A stretch of 64,000 nt of DNA from Candidatus Kerfeldbacteria bacterium (GCA_043813585.1 JBDRKW010000005.1:3409-67408), one strand, 5' to 3'; counted from the first letter of the stretch, positions 36,409-46,050 are shown. Notes: generated from the letters alone by a model not told the origin. Program-made: numbers and translations.

Positions 36409-37791
36409 ATGGAAACAATACTAAAACAAAAAAGATTCGGGCTGGCGACACTAGTTGTTCTCTGCGTACTCGTACTTTTACCGAAATCTGCTTCTGCAAC
36501 TGAACTTTGGGTCGATTCTTGTATGGGAGACGACGATGGTGGTGCTAATGACTGCCAGACTGAAGCATTACCTTGTGCAACGTTAGGTCAGGCAGTATCA
36601 GAGATTACAGCAAATAACGGCGACCAGGTATGGGCAACAAGCGGCTGCATGAACGCGGCTTGTGGAATAATGCAATGCGGAGCAGCAGTTGACTTTACTG
36701 AAATGGTTTCGCTGGGTGCTGCACAAACAGGAAATGGCCCAGGCAATCAGACGCGTTTTGATTCCTGGGAATCGGCCGGTGGAAAAATTCGCGAAATGCC
36801 TGTTATTGATTGTGAAAATACGCGTGATGCAGGCTTCTGGATCGGTAATAACCCTGGTGACCCTGCAAATTATATCGGAGTTGGTACTTTTGAAATAAAG
36901 AATTGCCTTAATAGCGGTGTCATAGGGCTTCCAAATTCGAATTATGGTGACATAGAGAAAGTATATTCACACGACAACGCTGCAGACGGCATACGGATAG
37001 ACGGATCAACCGCTTGGTATTTTTATGTAAACACACTCACGGATAACGGTGGCTATGGTATTCATTACAACTCCGCAATCAACTCCAAAGCAGACGCGAA
37101 TTTGATTTCCGGAAATGACATAGGAATTTACATGTCAGTAAATTCCACTGGTCACGACATTACGAATAATTGGATTGAAGGCAGTACATCATACGGCATT
37201 CAAGTTGTGGGAAATAGCAACAATATAGTTAACAACACCACCTACGAAAACGGAACTGGAGAAATTCGGGTTGGCAATGATGTAGATGCACCTGTAAGTA
37301 ACACAACAATATTGAATAACATTCTTAACGTTCAATCCAATTATGGAATAATGGTTGAATGTAACGCGAATACAAATTTGAGCTCAAATTTTAATGATAT
37401 TTACAGAGATGGCGGCGGCATGACCGGGTGGTGGGGCCCGAGTGGCGGATGTACCGGCATTAACAGCCCTAATCTTGGTAGCTGGCAGGCAAACAGCGGT
37501 GGCGATGCAAATTCAATTGAGACAGACCCTGATTTCACGAATCCTGGTGTTGGTCCGGCAATTAATGCGACATCGCCTGCAGTAAATACAGGTACTGATG
37601 CGAGCGCATGGACGACGACGGATATCCACGCCCAATCGCGTCCTATTGGAGCCGGCTGGGAAATGGGCGCAGATGAGCGCTACGGCCCTGCAGAAGGCCC
37701 TGGTATTCCCGAATTCTCTCTTGTAACTTTAGTTATTGCATTTGGACTAGGACTCGGAACCTTCGGATACGTCCGCATCAAAAAATCATAA
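36409..37791 (+). CDS. Secreted parallel beta-helix repeat protein with PEF/PEP-CTERM-like sorting signal
   Basis: Repeated NxxG.GI...S beta-helix rungs (GNDIGIYMS, GSTSYGIQVVGNSNNIVNNTT, NYGIMVECNAN). C-terminus IPEFSLVTLVIAFGLGLGTFGYVRIKKS. Confidence 0.55.
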   Translation: METILKQKRFGLATLVVLCVLVLLPKSASATELWVDSCMGDDDGGANDCQTEALPCATLGQAVSEITANNGDQVWATSGCMNAACGIMQCGAAVDFTEMVSLGAAQTGNGPGNQTRFDSWESAGGKIREMPVIDCENTRDAGFWIGNNPGDPANYIGVGTFEIKNCLNSGVIGLPNSNYGDIEKVYSHDNAADGIRIDGSTAWYFYVNTLTDNGGYGIHYNSAINSKADANLISGNDIGIYMSVNSTGHDITNNWIEGSTSYGIQVVGNSNNIVNNTTYENGTGEIRVGNDVDAPVSNTTILNNILNVQSNYGIMVECNANTNLSSNFNDIYRDGGGMTGWWGPSGGCTGINSPNLGSWQANSGGDANSIETDPDFTNPGVGPAINATSPAVNTGTDASAWTTTDIHAQSRPIGAGWEMGADERYGPAEGPGIPEFSLVTLVIAFGLGLGTFGYVRIKKS

Positions 37792-37798
37792 ATATATA

Positions 37799-37888
37799 AA
37801 ACGAGCCCTGTAAACAGATTACTCGTACGAGCGATTGGCCCGCCAGGGTTGCCAGCGAGTGAGTAATCTGTTGGAAGGGGCTCGTTTT
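37799..37888. terminator. Long imperfect inverted repeat (about 30-bp arms) acting as a bidirectional terminator between the PEF-CTERM gene and pilB
   Basis: aaacgagcccctgtaaacagattactcg ... cgagtgagtaatctgttggaaggggctcgtttt. Confidence 0.5.
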
Positions 37889-37892
37889 GTAT

Positions 37893-39677
37893 TTACGCTT
37901 TGGCGACGCGGAAGACCTCGTCGAGCAGGGTGATTCCTTCTATTGCTTTTAACACGCCGTCCTGGCCCATAGTGACCATGCCGGCATCGTGCAGCAGCGT
38001 CTTCATGTCATATTCGGACGCTTTCCCGGAGAGCACCTGTTTCTCGATCTCCGGTATCATGGTGAAAATTTCATAAATGCCGACCCGGCCCTTGAACCCG
38101 GTGTCTTTGCAGGTCTGGCAGCCTTCGCCTTTGTACCACATGACCTTGTCCACGTCCGGCCTCTCTTCCCCGGACGCTTCCGGTATGGCGGCAACCCATT
38201 CTTTCGCGCGCTGGATCTGTTCGGCAGAAGGCGTATATTCCTTTTTACAGTCCGCGCAGATGCGGCGCACCAGGCGTTGGCCGATGACCGCATTCAATGC
38301 AGGTGCCAAGAGCGCCGGATTCACGCCCATGCCCAGGAAACGCGGGATAGCGCCGGTGGCGTCGTTCGTATGGATGGTAGAGAGCATGAGGTGGCCGGTG
38401 AGAGCCGCCTGGATAGCCGTATCGGCGGTTTCCAGGTCGCGGATTTCACCAACCATGACAATGTCCGGGTCCTGGCGCAGGATCGCGCGCAGCCCCAGCG
38501 CGAAGGTGTATTTTTTTGAATGGTCGATCTGGCTCTGGACAATGCCCTTCAGCTTATACTCAACCGGATTTTCCAGCGTGATGATTTTATTCTCCGGCTT
38601 ATTCAGCTTGTTCAAAATGGCGTAGAGCGTCGTCGTCTTTCCGGAACCGGTCGGACCGGTGGTAATGATCATGCCGTTCGGCTTTTCTATCTCAATCTTG
38701 AGGCGTTCAAACGCCAGCGGGCGCATGCCGAGGTCTTCAAACGACAGCCCCACGGATGACGATTTCAGCAGGCGGAACACGATGCTTTCTCCGTACGCGG
38801 ACGGAAGCGTGGAAACGCGAATATCCAGCTTATCGTCTTCCCCGAGCTCAATCGAGATGCGGCCGTCCTGCGGGACTGCTGTAATGTTCAGCTTCAGCCC
38901 GGCGATTCCCTTGATGCGGCTGACCAGCTTCGGCAGTTTTTCCGGCTCCATGTGCGCAACCACAGTCAGTACGCCGTCGACGCGAAAGCGCAGCACCGCG
39001 CTCTCCTCTTCCGCTTCAATATGGATATCAGAAGAACCGGCGGTCATCGCCATGGCAATGATCATGGCAAACGCTTCGGTCATGTTTACCTCGTCAATCC
39101 GCTTGTCAAAAATATCAAAAGACGTCAGTTCTTTTGCATACGCATCCAGCTGCTTTTTGGTGATATGTACGCCGCTCTCGATCTTGCGGATTTTTGCGAC
39201 TGTCTTGTACAGCTTGATCGCCTGGTCAAAGCTGTGCTGCGATATCAGGTAAAGCTTCACCTTCGAACCCTCATGCTCCTTTTGCAGCTGCGCAATAATC
39301 TCATTGATTTTCGGGTTGTCCGGATCAACCGTTGCAATGCGGATCTGGTCTTCCAAACGGAAAAATGCAACCGCTTTATTGTCGGTCGCGTCCTTTTCCG
39401 GAATCAATGATATCACCTCCGGGCCGATGGGGAACGCTTCCAGGTCAAAATACGGGATGCCGAACAGCTCCGCTTTGGCGCGCGTTTCGTCTTCCAGCGT
39501 CTGCAGGCGGATCTGCTCCATCTTCTCGCCCACATTTTCCTGCGCTTTTTCAGAACGCGTCTCTACAGGAGCCTCGCTTTCTTCGTCGTCGTCGACTGGC
39601 TGCTGTGCGCCGGCTCCTGCCGCACTGCCGGGCGTTTTCGGGATCAAATCCTCTATTGATGAAAAACCGTTGCTCAT
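37893..39677 (-). CDS. pilB: Type IV pilus assembly / type II secretion ATPase (PilB/GspE family)
   Basis: GPTGSGKTTTLYAIL Walker A, VGEIRDLETA, a C-terminal CxxC...CxxC zinc motif (CADCKK...CQTCKDTGFKGRVGIYE) and an N-terminal GSPII-like domain. TATACT -10 lies 7 nt upstream of the ATG. Confidence 0.8.
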   Translation of the reverse strand: MSNGFSSIEDLIPKTPGSAAGAGAQQPVDDDEESEAPVETRSEKAQENVGEKMEQIRLQTLEDETRAKAELFGIPYFDLEAFPIGPEVISLIPEKDATDNKAVAFFRLEDQIRIATVDPDNPKINEIIAQLQKEHEGSKVKLYLISQHSFDQAIKLYKTVAKIRKIESGVHITKKQLDAYAKELTSFDIFDKRIDEVNMTEAFAMIIAMAMTAGSSDIHIEAEEESAVLRFRVDGVLTVVAHMEPEKLPKLVSRIKGIAGLKLNITAVPQDGRISIELGEDDKLDIRVSTLPSAYGESIVFRLLKSSSVGLSFEDLGMRPLAFERLKIEIEKPNGMIITTGPTGSGKTTTLYAILNKLNKPENKIITLENPVEYKLKGIVQSQIDHSKKYTFALGLRAILRQDPDIVMVGEIRDLETADTAIQAALTGHLMLSTIHTNDATGAIPRFLGMGVNPALLAPALNAVIGQRLVRRICADCKKEYTPSAEQIQRAKEWVAAIPEASGEERPDVDKVMWYKGEGCQTCKDTGFKGRVGIYEIFTMIPEIEKQVLSGKASEYDMKTLLHDAGMVTMGQDGVLKAIEGITLLDEVFRVAKA

Positions 39678-39692
39678 GCAAAAAAGTATACC

Positions 39693-39719
39693 AAAAAACG
39701 GGCGAATATTCTAGCCCGT
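39693..39719 (-). terminator. Intrinsic terminator of the DHH gene (acgggc-gaatattcta-gcccgt, with T6 on the minus strand)
   Basis: A hairpin followed by a T-run when read on the minus strand. Confidence 0.5.
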
Positions 39720-39729
39720 TTCTGCGCCC

Positions 39730-40887
39730 TTATTTTGCTGATGTGGATCGGAGCTTTTGTAGGATGATGTCTGCCACCTGTTCAACCGTATGGTCGTGGT
39801 TATAGGTAAAGTGGATGAAATGTTCAGTGCCTTCCGGATTGAATTCGGAAAACAGGTCGATCGCGTTCGTGTACGGCGCAGTGCTCACAATCGCCTTCAC
39901 TTCGTTCGGGTTGACATTGTATACGATAAAGACGTTGCGCGCCTCCCGCGAGTTGATGATCAGCTCGTCAATTACGTCTGACAGGTCGTCTTCTGTGGCG
40001 CCGACCGATTCAAAGTCCTTGCGCGTAAGCCGCGACCAGACGATCTTGTGTTCCGTATCCACTTCCAGCGTCGTGAGCACCCGTCCCCAGAGCTTCAGCG
40101 TTGAAATCTTCTTGGACTGGTAGAGGTGCTTGACGATATCCTCGCGCCGCGCCCCCTGGGAGATCAGGTGCGATGCAATGGAAAGGGAGCGGGGAGTAAC
40201 CGAACCGGACTGGAAGCTCTTCGTCTTGCTGATCATGCCGGTCAGCAGGTTGGTGGCAATATATTCATCGAGAATGTTATCGCCCCAGTCCTTCACCAGC
40301 TCAAACAGGATCTCCGAACACGAAGTCGCCGTTACGTTGATCAGGTTCACCTGGCCGAAATGGTCGTTGGCCGGGCTCTGGTCGATATTGATCAGCGGCG
40401 TGTGGTAAAAGAAGTCGGCGTTCATCTCGTAGATGCGGCCGAGCGCATCCAGGTCCTGGGCGTCGATCACGATAATCAGGTCAAACGCGTAATCTCCGCT
40501 TGTGGTGGAAACGTCGTTCTGCGTGAAGAACCCGTCCTTGGGCGAGACATAGACGTTCAGCTTGTCGTCTTCAATCGTATACGAAAGGTCCTCAACGCTT
40601 TTGTTTGAGATATCAAGAGAGATAATAAACTTGCGCAGCGCGGTCAGGTCGTCAAAAATCTCGTTGCTCTTGGGCAGGAACGCATGCGTGGCCGGCAGCT
40701 GGAATCCGGACGAAACCACCCGGCCTTTTTTGCCAAGCTTTTCAATAACAGACAATACGGCAAGGCCTGATGCGATCGCATCAGTGGTCGGTTTTTCGGG
40801 AAGGCAAACAAGCACAGATGCGCTCTGCTTGATCATCTCCAGAATCTGGTCTTCTTTGGCTGATTTCATAGGATTAAACGATATCAT
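39730..40887 (-). CDS. DHH/DHHA1 family phosphoesterase (NrnA-like oligoribonuclease/pAp phosphatase)
   Basis: DHH-motif region (LVCLPEKPTTDAIASGLAL...IVIDAQD) and DHHA1 (GGGH-like). Start set to the ATG at 40887. The ORF-track N-terminal extension runs antisense through GC-rich gene C. Confidence 0.6.
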   Translation of the reverse strand: MISFNPMKSAKEDQILEMIKQSASVLVCLPEKPTTDAIASGLAVLSVIEKLGKKGRVVSSGFQLPATHAFLPKSNEIFDDLTALRKFIISLDISNKSVEDLSYTIEDDKLNVYVSPKDGFFTQNDVSTTSGDYAFDLIIVIDAQDLDALGRIYEMNADFFYHTPLINIDQSPANDHFGQVNLINVTATSCSEILFELVKDWGDNILDEYIATNLLTGMISKTKSFQSGSVTPRSLSIASHLISQGARREDIVKHLYQSKKISTLKLWGRVLTTLEVDTEHKIVWSRLTRKDFESVGATEDDLSDVIDELIINSREARNVFIVYNVNPNEVKAIVSTAPYTNAIDLFSEFNPEGTEHFIHFTYNHDHTVEQVADIILQKLRSTSAK

Positions 40888-40909
40888 GCGTGAACGCGCA
40901 TGACTGTTC

Positions 40910-40938
40910 ATACTACGTTGCGTGCAGACCATTGTCAA
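40910..40938 (-). promoter_or_regulatory. Promoter TTGACA-17-TAGTAT for the DHH gene
   Basis: -35 complement at 40933-40938 and -10 complement at 40910-40915. Confidence 0.5.
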
Positions 40939-41028
40939 GGAGTAAAGGTGCAGAAAAAGAGGATAGGCATCAATGCCGGGAATGTGGCGAATATTAGCGC
41001 CTATGAGGCATTTTAAGCTGCGGTTCTT

Positions 41029-41057
41029 CCTTGACAGGCGCAGCAAAGAACTGTTTA
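41029..41057 (+). promoter_or_regulatory. Promoter TTGACA-17-TTTAAT upstream of GC-rich gene C
   Basis: Located inside the ORF-track ORF 40973, which argues for the later start at 41114. Confidence 0.4.
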
Positions 41058-41113
41058 ATGTGTGCATCATTTTGATCTTCGCACAAAGCGCAAGAAGGAG
41101 GACGAAGAAGCTC

Positions 41114-41662
41114 ATGTTACCAGCAGTTACAGCAGATGTTGATGCTCCCTCAGTGCTGTTGGCCGTAGCCATGGTTAAGCATGCAGAACGGACGTTCGGC
41201 GGAGCCGTGGACCGGTTCATGCCGCACGACAGCGTCGTATTGGTGCGCGGGCAGGCCGTCAGCTTGTCCGGGCAGATCCCGCACCTGGAGAATTGTCCGG
41301 CGGCGCAGCTCCGGCAGCATGACGTGGTTCGCCGCGCCTGCCGCCTGCTCCAGGCGACCCAGCTCTGCGTCAAGATGACGCGTCAGACCGGGCGCGAGGT
41401 TCCGCGCGAGTTCTTCGACCTGAAGAGCGCCTTGCTCTCGTTCCTGCTCATGGCGTACCATCGGCGCAGGACGGACGGCCTGTTCATCTACCTCGGGATG
41501 GACGACGACATCACCAACTGCATGGCGGTTGGCGTCTACTGTCCGAGTGCGATCAAGACCCACCAGTGGTACCACTGGCCGTGTTCCGCAGTGACCCCGC
41601 AGGTCATCGTGACCATCGCCAGCCAGTACGGAAGCTGGCCGATCAAGGTCAACATGAACTAG
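41114..41662 (+). CDS. Hypothetical protein, GC/GC3-rich (candidate acquired gene C); the first 20 or so codons are host-like
   Basis: AAGGAGGA RBS 11 nt upstream of the ATG. Cys-containing (7 Cys). No recognisable domain. Confidence 0.4.
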   Translation: MLPAVTADVDAPSVLLAVAMVKHAERTFGGAVDRFMPHDSVVLVRGQAVSLSGQIPHLENCPAAQLRQHDVVRRACRLLQATQLCVKMTRQTGREVPREFFDLKSALLSFLLMAYHRRRTDGLFIYLGMDDDITNCMAVGVYCPSAIKTHQWYHWPCSAVTPQVIVTIASQYGSWPIKVNMN

Positions 41663-41726
41663 GCGTCAGGAGTCAGGCGCCAAAAAAAGGAGATGGGTTG
41701 TCGATTACCGGCATCCCTTCTTTTTT

Positions 41727-42878
41727 TTACGCAACCCAGAGGCTCATGGAATACGCGACGACTCCTATCATTTGCAGCATAATGAATGACCATTGGATGA
41801 ACCGGAACGCAAATTCCCGGTTCTTGAGCCAGCGCGCCAATGCGATGAACAGCGGAAACAGCAGCAGCATGTAGCGGGGGAAGGATGACAGGTCGCCGGA
41901 GAGCGCCGTCACCAGGCCCAGCAGGAGTGTGAATATAAAAAGCGACCGTTTAGTATATTTGTACACAAGAGGAAGCCCGGCAAGAAATCCGATAAAGAAT
42001 ACCCGGTCAATAATGCTGGTGTTAAGAGCATGAAACGACGGTTCCAGATGGATGAAGTTGCGCGTGATCCAGTCAACCGGATGAAGCAGATTTTCAATGC
42101 TGTAATTCGTGTAGAAAAAGCCCTGCGCCATAAAGCCGGAAAAGGCCGAGCCGGTTGAAAAGTGCATGATGCAAAGATATGCGGCAACGCCGCCGGCAAA
42201 CGCGGTAATGATCATGGCAGAACGCATCAATTTTCCGCGCTTCCACCGCACGAGCGAGCGGTACAAGAGCGGGACAGCTGTAAAGACGCCCTGGGGCCTG
42301 GTGAGCGGCAGGAGGAACATCGCAAGATAGGACTTCCACGCATCCTTATGACCCAAAAAATAAAAGGACGCGAGCACCAACAGGATGAAAAGGGATTCCG
42401 TATATACCAAATGGAGGTAGAACGCGGTCGGGAACGCCATGAACAGCAGCCCGGCAAGCATCGCAACCCGGTCGCCATAGGCGCGCCGGGCAAGCAGGAA
42501 CAGCATAGCCACGGCCGCAAAGGAGAAGACGGTTGAAAGAAGCAGGCCTGTAATAAGCGTATGGTTGAATGTGAGTACATTCAGCAGGCGGATCAGCAGC
42601 GGGTACAGCGGATAGAATGCATTGCTGATGTGGCCGGCCGAATACCATTCTTGCGCCAGGTAGATATAGTGCTGCGCATCCCAGGTGGAGAACGCAGTTG
42701 CCAGCGTTGGGGTTGATTCTTCCGGCCAGTGGAAGTTTGCATTGAATTCCACCTCGCGAATCCCGTACGTAGAAAATGTGATCACGACCAACAAAAAAAT
42801 AATTGCCTTGTAGCTTGCGCAGGCAATGAGCAATCGCGCCAGCGGCCGGTCATGCAGAATAGGCATTAGGAATTTCAT
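41727..42878 (-). CDS. GT-C fold membrane glycosyltransferase, PIG-V/mannosyltransferase-like
   Basis: Multi-TM protein. WDAQHYIYLAQEWY resembles the WDxxHYxxIAxxGY motif of Mannosyl_trans2 proteins. Confidence 0.4.
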   Translation of the reverse strand: MKFLMPILHDRPLARLLIACASYKAIIFLLVVITFSTYGIREVEFNANFHWPEESTPTLATAFSTWDAQHYIYLAQEWYSAGHISNAFYPLYPLLIRLLNVLTFNHTLITGLLLSTVFSFAAVAMLFLLARRAYGDRVAMLAGLLFMAFPTAFYLHLVYTESLFILLVLASFYFLGHKDAWKSYLAMFLLPLTRPQGVFTAVPLLYRSLVRWKRGKLMRSAMIITAFAGGVAAYLCIMHFSTGSAFSGFMAQGFFYTNYSIENLLHPVDWITRNFIHLEPSFHALNTSIIDRVFFIGFLAGLPLVYKYTKRSLFIFTLLLGLVTALSGDLSSFPRYMLLLFPLFIALARWLKNREFAFRFIQWSFIMLQMIGVVAYSMSLWVA

Positions 42879-42914
42879 GCTATTGATTATACTTGAAGGA
42901 CGCTATTAATAAAA

Positions 42915-42943
42915 TTGACATTTATACCTATTTAAGGTATACT
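42915..42943 (+). promoter_or_regulatory. Promoter TTGACA-17-TATACT ending 8 nt before the yidC ATG (leaderless)
   Basis: -35 at 42915-42920 and -10 at 42938-42943. ATG at 42952. Confidence 0.6.
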
Positions 42944-42951
42944 ATGAATAT

Positions 42952-43689
42952 ATGTTTGAGTTTTTGTACTACGATCTCCTCTACGAGCCGCTGTATAACG
43001 CTCTGATTTTTTTGTACACCATTTCGCCCGGCAAAGACATGGGCATGGCGGTTATTTTCCTTACCCTCGCCATCCGGCTGATGTTGCTGCCGTTCTCTAT
43101 CCGGGGCGCGCGCTCTGAATACCGCTTGGATAGAATCCGTCCGCAGATCGAAAAGCTCACGAAAAAATACAAACATAATATCCAGAAGCAGCGCGACGCG
43201 ATTAAAGAGCTGCTAAGCAAGAATAAGATCGGCGTCTTTTCAAATTTCTTCTCACTCCTGTTCCAGTTGTTCTTCCTCATCGTGTTGTATTCGATTTTTT
43301 CTTCCGGCCTGCAGCCGATCGGGCACAATATCCTCTATGTGTTCAACCTTGATCCGGGCGTAATTGATCCAAGCTTTTTCAACTGGTTTAACCTTATTGT
43401 ACCGAACCAAACAGCTTCACTAATCTGTGCTGCTGTGGTATTCTTGCAACAGGCATTGAAGCGCGCAAAGGGCATTGGCAGCGCGTCTGCAATTGATAAA
43501 GCGCTTCTGTTCGGACTGCCGATCGGTACCTATCTGGCAACGATCGTTCTGCCGTCCGGCAAAGCGGTGTTCCTGACCACGTCGGTGCTGTTCTCGCTAT
43601 GGATCAAGCTGATCAAATGGATCGTGATGAAATACATGGTTAAAGATGAAGAATTAAAAGAGAACGTTCAAAACCTATGGACAAATTAA
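42952..43689 (+). CDS. yidC: Membrane protein insertase YidC (short form)
   Basis: Five-TM Oxa1/YidC core (GMAVIFLTLAIRLMLLPFSI...). 245 aa. Confidence 0.65.
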   Translation: MFEFLYYDLLYEPLYNALIFLYTISPGKDMGMAVIFLTLAIRLMLLPFSIRGARSEYRLDRIRPQIEKLTKKYKHNIQKQRDAIKELLSKNKIGVFSNFFSLLFQLFFLIVLYSIFSSGLQPIGHNILYVFNLDPGVIDPSFFNWFNLIVPNQTASLICAAVVFLQQALKRAKGIGSASAIDKALLFGLPIGTYLATIVLPSGKAVFLTTSVLFSLWIKLIKWIVMKYMVKDEELKENVQNLWTN

Positions 43690-44225
43690 TCATATCGATC
43701 GCAATTGAGGACATACTGTTCGGCATGTTTGTATCTGTGCCGCCGGGATATGTTGCCTGCATCTACAGCCACGGCAAAGGCGTGCTGCTGAAAGTATTGC
43801 GCCCGGGCCTTCACCTTAAGATGCCGTTCTGGCACAAGGCCAAGCTGTTCAACACGCAGGTGCAGGAATACCAGATTCGGCAGGGTTTTGATATTGAAGA
43901 AAGCGAACTCGGCGACGCTGAGATTGTCGTGCCGACGACTGACGGAAAGAATGTCGGGCTTGAAATGACCGTGCTGTTCCACATCGATCCGGACAACGCG
44001 ACCCAGCTGTGGCAGAGCATCGGCGACAATTATATTGAAAAGGTCATCCGGCCGACGATTCGTTCGCGCGTGCGCACGGTCGGCTCCGAATATACCGCAA
44101 ACGACTTTTTTACGAACAAGCGCGCGGAGATCGAACGGCGCGTCCACCACGAACTGGTCACCTCGCTGTCTGCAAAAGGCATCGTCATCGTTGATGTCCT
44201 GCTCGGAAGCATTACCCCAAAGTAA
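43677..44225 (+). CDS. SPFH/band-7 domain protein (short; ends at the usual I-x-P-P boundary)
   Basis: N-terminal TM segment plus an SPFH core (IVVPTTDGKNVGLEMTVLFHIDPDNATQLWQSIGDNYIEKVIRPTIRSRVR). Confidence 0.6.
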   Translation: MDKLIISIAIEDILFGMFVSVPPGYVACIYSHGKGVLLKVLRPGLHLKMPFWHKAKLFNTQVQEYQIRQGFDIEESELGDAEIVVPTTDGKNVGLEMTVLFHIDPDNATQLWQSIGDNYIEKVIRPTIRSRVRTVGSEYTANDFFTNKRAEIERRVHHELVTSLSAKGIVIVDVLLGSITPK

Positions 44226-44249
44226 TTTGTTCTTCGCAGAACATTTCTT

Positions 44250-46010
44250 ATGAGATATTTTGTCATACTCATTTTTAGCCTACTGATCCCGTCTGCGGTT
44301 TTTGCAGGTACGGCGGATAATTTTATTTATCCATTAGGCGTGTGGCAGGTGTCGACGCACCACGGCGATGAGTATGGCTCATACTACCATATGGGCATTG
44401 ATGCAGGGTTCGAACTGGGCTCGGGCGCGCCGGTCTATGCGGTGGCTGACGGCGTTGTGCGCGAGGCGGAAGTGCGGACGCAGTTCGGGTTGGTCGTGTT
44501 GGTGGAGCATACGCTGCCTGGCGGGAAGCGGATTGTTTCATTGTACGGGCACCTTGACCCGTCCGATATTCCTGCGCCGCCGGGAACGCAGGTAACGGCA
44601 GGACAGCGGCTCGGATCGCTCGGCGACAGCACAGTCAACGGCGGATGGTCGCCGCACATCCATTTTGGCATCCATAAATCAGAGTATACGGGCGTGTGGG
44701 TCTATTACGGACATGTTTCCGACCCGGCAACAGCCGATGATTGGTATGACCCGGAGACATATATCCCAAACCACCTGAACGCCGACAGCTGGAACCCGGA
44801 CGTTTCATTTGACCTGGACGACGGGGAAATTTTAGACGACAGCCTGAATATCAAGGCGTATGTGACAGACATCGGCAGCGGCGTGGACTATGTCCAGCTG
44901 AAGATCAGCGATGACGGCCAGCAAACCTGGAAGACGCTTGTGGAAGACAGCGGCACGCACGACTATCCGTATTACCTGTATACCTCGCTTTCGGCCGTAG
45001 AAGACGGTGACGTGTACGTGCGCGTCAACGCAAAGGACGAATTCGGCAATGTAGAGATGAAAACCGTGAAGATGGTCAAGAAAGAAGACGCGTACACCAC
45101 GCGGCATTTCGCTTCCATAAAGGGGAAACCGAGCAGCGGCCTGGTGAAGACGTGGTTCCAGGCCGGAAATAAGGACAAGAAGTTTTATCCATACAAGAAA
45201 AAATGGAAGAATAGCGGCGATGTTGCAGTGGGCGATGTCACCGGCAACGGCGTGAATAATATTATTACGGTAAAGAATGGAAAGAATCCTATTGTGAACG
45301 TGTTTTCGCGCAACGGCGAGCTGCAGAATTCGTTTAAGGCGTTCCCGTACGGCAAGCAGAAAGGCGCGCGGGTTGCGACCGGCGATATTGACGGCGACGG
45401 CGTGCAGGAGATTATTGTCGGGTCGGGCCGCGGCATGAAGGCGCGGGTGAAGGTCTTTGACCGGTTCGGAGTACTAATGCTGACCTTTGACGCATTCAAC
45501 GGCACGCATACCGGCGGGCTGGATGTTGCGGCAGGCGATGTAGACGGCGACGGTTTGGATGAGATTGTTGCAGGTGTTGCCGGCAGCGGCAAATCGAAGT
45601 TTGGCGTATTCGATGAGACCGGAGCGCAGCTGGAGGTGACGCGGGCATTCGGCAAGAAATATACCGGCGGCATAAATGTTGCAGTAGGGAATATTGATAA
45701 GGATGAAGGAGCCGAGATCATTGTCGGCACAAACGGCGGCAAGACAGGAACCGTGCGCGTGTTCGAATGGGAAGGTGAGTTAAAGAAGTACGATTACGAA
45801 CCGTTTGGTGACGATTTCACAGGACCGGTAGACGTTACCTGCGCCGATTGGGAGGGTGACGGCAAGGACGAAATCCTCATGAGCCAGGCCGGGGACGGCG
45901 AAGCGTGGGTGAAGACATACCGCTACGGTCCGTCGCGAACCGTATTGGCTACAGAGCGCGTGTACAAGGAAGGGTTTGAAGGCGGTGCCAGGATTGACGG
46001 CTGGCGGTAA
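44250..46010 (+). CDS. Secreted M23 peptidase fused to FG-GAP/VCBS-type beta-propeller repeats
   Basis: HMGIDAG...LYGHL...SPHIHFG is the M23 signature. Later TGDIDGDGVQEIIVG, AAGDVDGDGLDEIVAG, AVGNIDKDEGAEIIVG and CADWEGDGKDEILM are FG-GAP repeats. Confidence 0.7.
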   Translation: MRYFVILIFSLLIPSAVFAGTADNFIYPLGVWQVSTHHGDEYGSYYHMGIDAGFELGSGAPVYAVADGVVREAEVRTQFGLVVLVEHTLPGGKRIVSLYGHLDPSDIPAPPGTQVTAGQRLGSLGDSTVNGGWSPHIHFGIHKSEYTGVWVYYGHVSDPATADDWYDPETYIPNHLNADSWNPDVSFDLDDGEILDDSLNIKAYVTDIGSGVDYVQLKISDDGQQTWKTLVEDSGTHDYPYYLYTSLSAVEDGDVYVRVNAKDEFGNVEMKTVKMVKKEDAYTTRHFASIKGKPSSGLVKTWFQAGNKDKKFYPYKKKWKNSGDVAVGDVTGNGVNNIITVKNGKNPIVNVFSRNGELQNSFKAFPYGKQKGARVATGDIDGDGVQEIIVGSGRGMKARVKVFDRFGVLMLTFDAFNGTHTGGLDVAAGDVDGDGLDEIVAGVAGSGKSKFGVFDETGAQLEVTRAFGKKYTGGINVAVGNIDKDEGAEIIVGTNGGKTGTVRVFEWEGELKKYDYEPFGDDFTGPVDVTCADWEGDGKDEILMSQAGDGEAWVKTYRYGPSRTVLATERVYKEGFEGGARIDGWR

Positions 46011-46050
46011 ATTGCCTATACTTTTTTTCGTGTCCGAAACAGGGCACTAC

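Noticed and set aside
39730-41373. 547-aa version of the DHH gene
   Set aside because: The N-terminal 162 aa run antisense through GC-rich gene C, across the gene's own promoter (TTGACA-17-TAGTAT at 40910-40938). The DHH homology starts at the ATG at 40887.
43677-44225. Pseudogene call for the short SPFH protein
   Set aside because: It ends near the usual domain boundary with an intact frame, and a downstream gene starts 25 nt later. Stand-alone SPFH domains exist, so there is not enough evidence for a pseudogene.
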